Below are positions 63,594 to 64,000 of a DNA stretch of 64,000 nucleotides, piece after piece. The stretch covers positions 17,112,001 to 17,176,000 of the forward strand of contig NC_047069.1 of NCBI RefSeq assembly GCF_902459465.1, given 5' to 3'. The notes below the pieces were generated by a model. That model worked only from the letters and a program-made list of their open reading frames with translations. It searched no databases and was not told where the DNA came from. Positions within the stretch are counted from its first letter, which is position 1. Every line of letters starts with the position of its first letter. This stretch comes from Asterias rubens. Taxonomy: Eukaryota. The position numbers and the translations under genes are program-made.

Positions 63594-64000
63594 GGCTTAG
63601 AACTGAAGCCGAATCTTCAATTTCCATAATTGTCAGAACAATCTTATGTTGTCCATAATCCAATGAATAACACTCAGAGAGAATTTCTCGATTTACACTA
63701 TTAGTTTATTAAATAAAACAATCCTCTATATATGCACAACACTTCCAATACAAATTACGTCTCAGGCTAAGGGTCAGTATGACTATGTACTAATAATTGC
63801 AATTCAAATAATAATTTCACCTGGTCAAAAACTGAGAACTCCTTCTTCGTATAGGAATAGTGATTCAGTAAATTGTTAAAACAACCTAACCACTTCCCGA
63901 CGAAAAAACGACAATGAATTGTTATCTGTATTTCTAGGTCCTCGGTTACACTTCAAAACCAAACAAAAATCCAATCACTCCCCTCAATATTACAATGAAC

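Overview
AT-rich eukaryotic (animal) DNA with spliceosomal introns and no recognisable host housekeeping gene. The short repeats resemble, from memory, sea-star/echinoderm interspersed repeats; that host assignment is only an inference. The window is a dense nest of mobile-element remains. (1) Three loci of a ~1.2-kb head-to-tail, circularly permuted fragment of a Polinton/Maverick-type protein-primed PolB. (2) Four pieces of a P-element/THAP9-type transposase family whose N-terminus is a RAG1-N-terminal-like zinc domain instead of THAP; one is a nearly intact 5-exon gene (48386-52162). (3) Three copies of a distant Transib/RAG1-core-like DDE transposase; the best copy sits directly behind a spliced chromo-barrel gene, and two copies start with a signal-peptide-like segment. 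(4) A decayed but clear RAG1L core (54310-55360). (5) A full-length two-gene PIF/Harbinger with TIRs (42053-48385). (6) Fragments of hAT-like, Sola1, KDZ/Zisupton-like, RecQ-helicase, SGNH-hydrolase, DUF3987-like, Gypsy gag and L2/CR1 sequences, plus SINEs and MITEs. Nearly all coding remnants lie on the minus strand, as expected of a uni-strand piRNA-cluster-like transposon trap. All family calls come from motif recognition by eye; no database search was run, and coordinates of decayed fragments are approximate.
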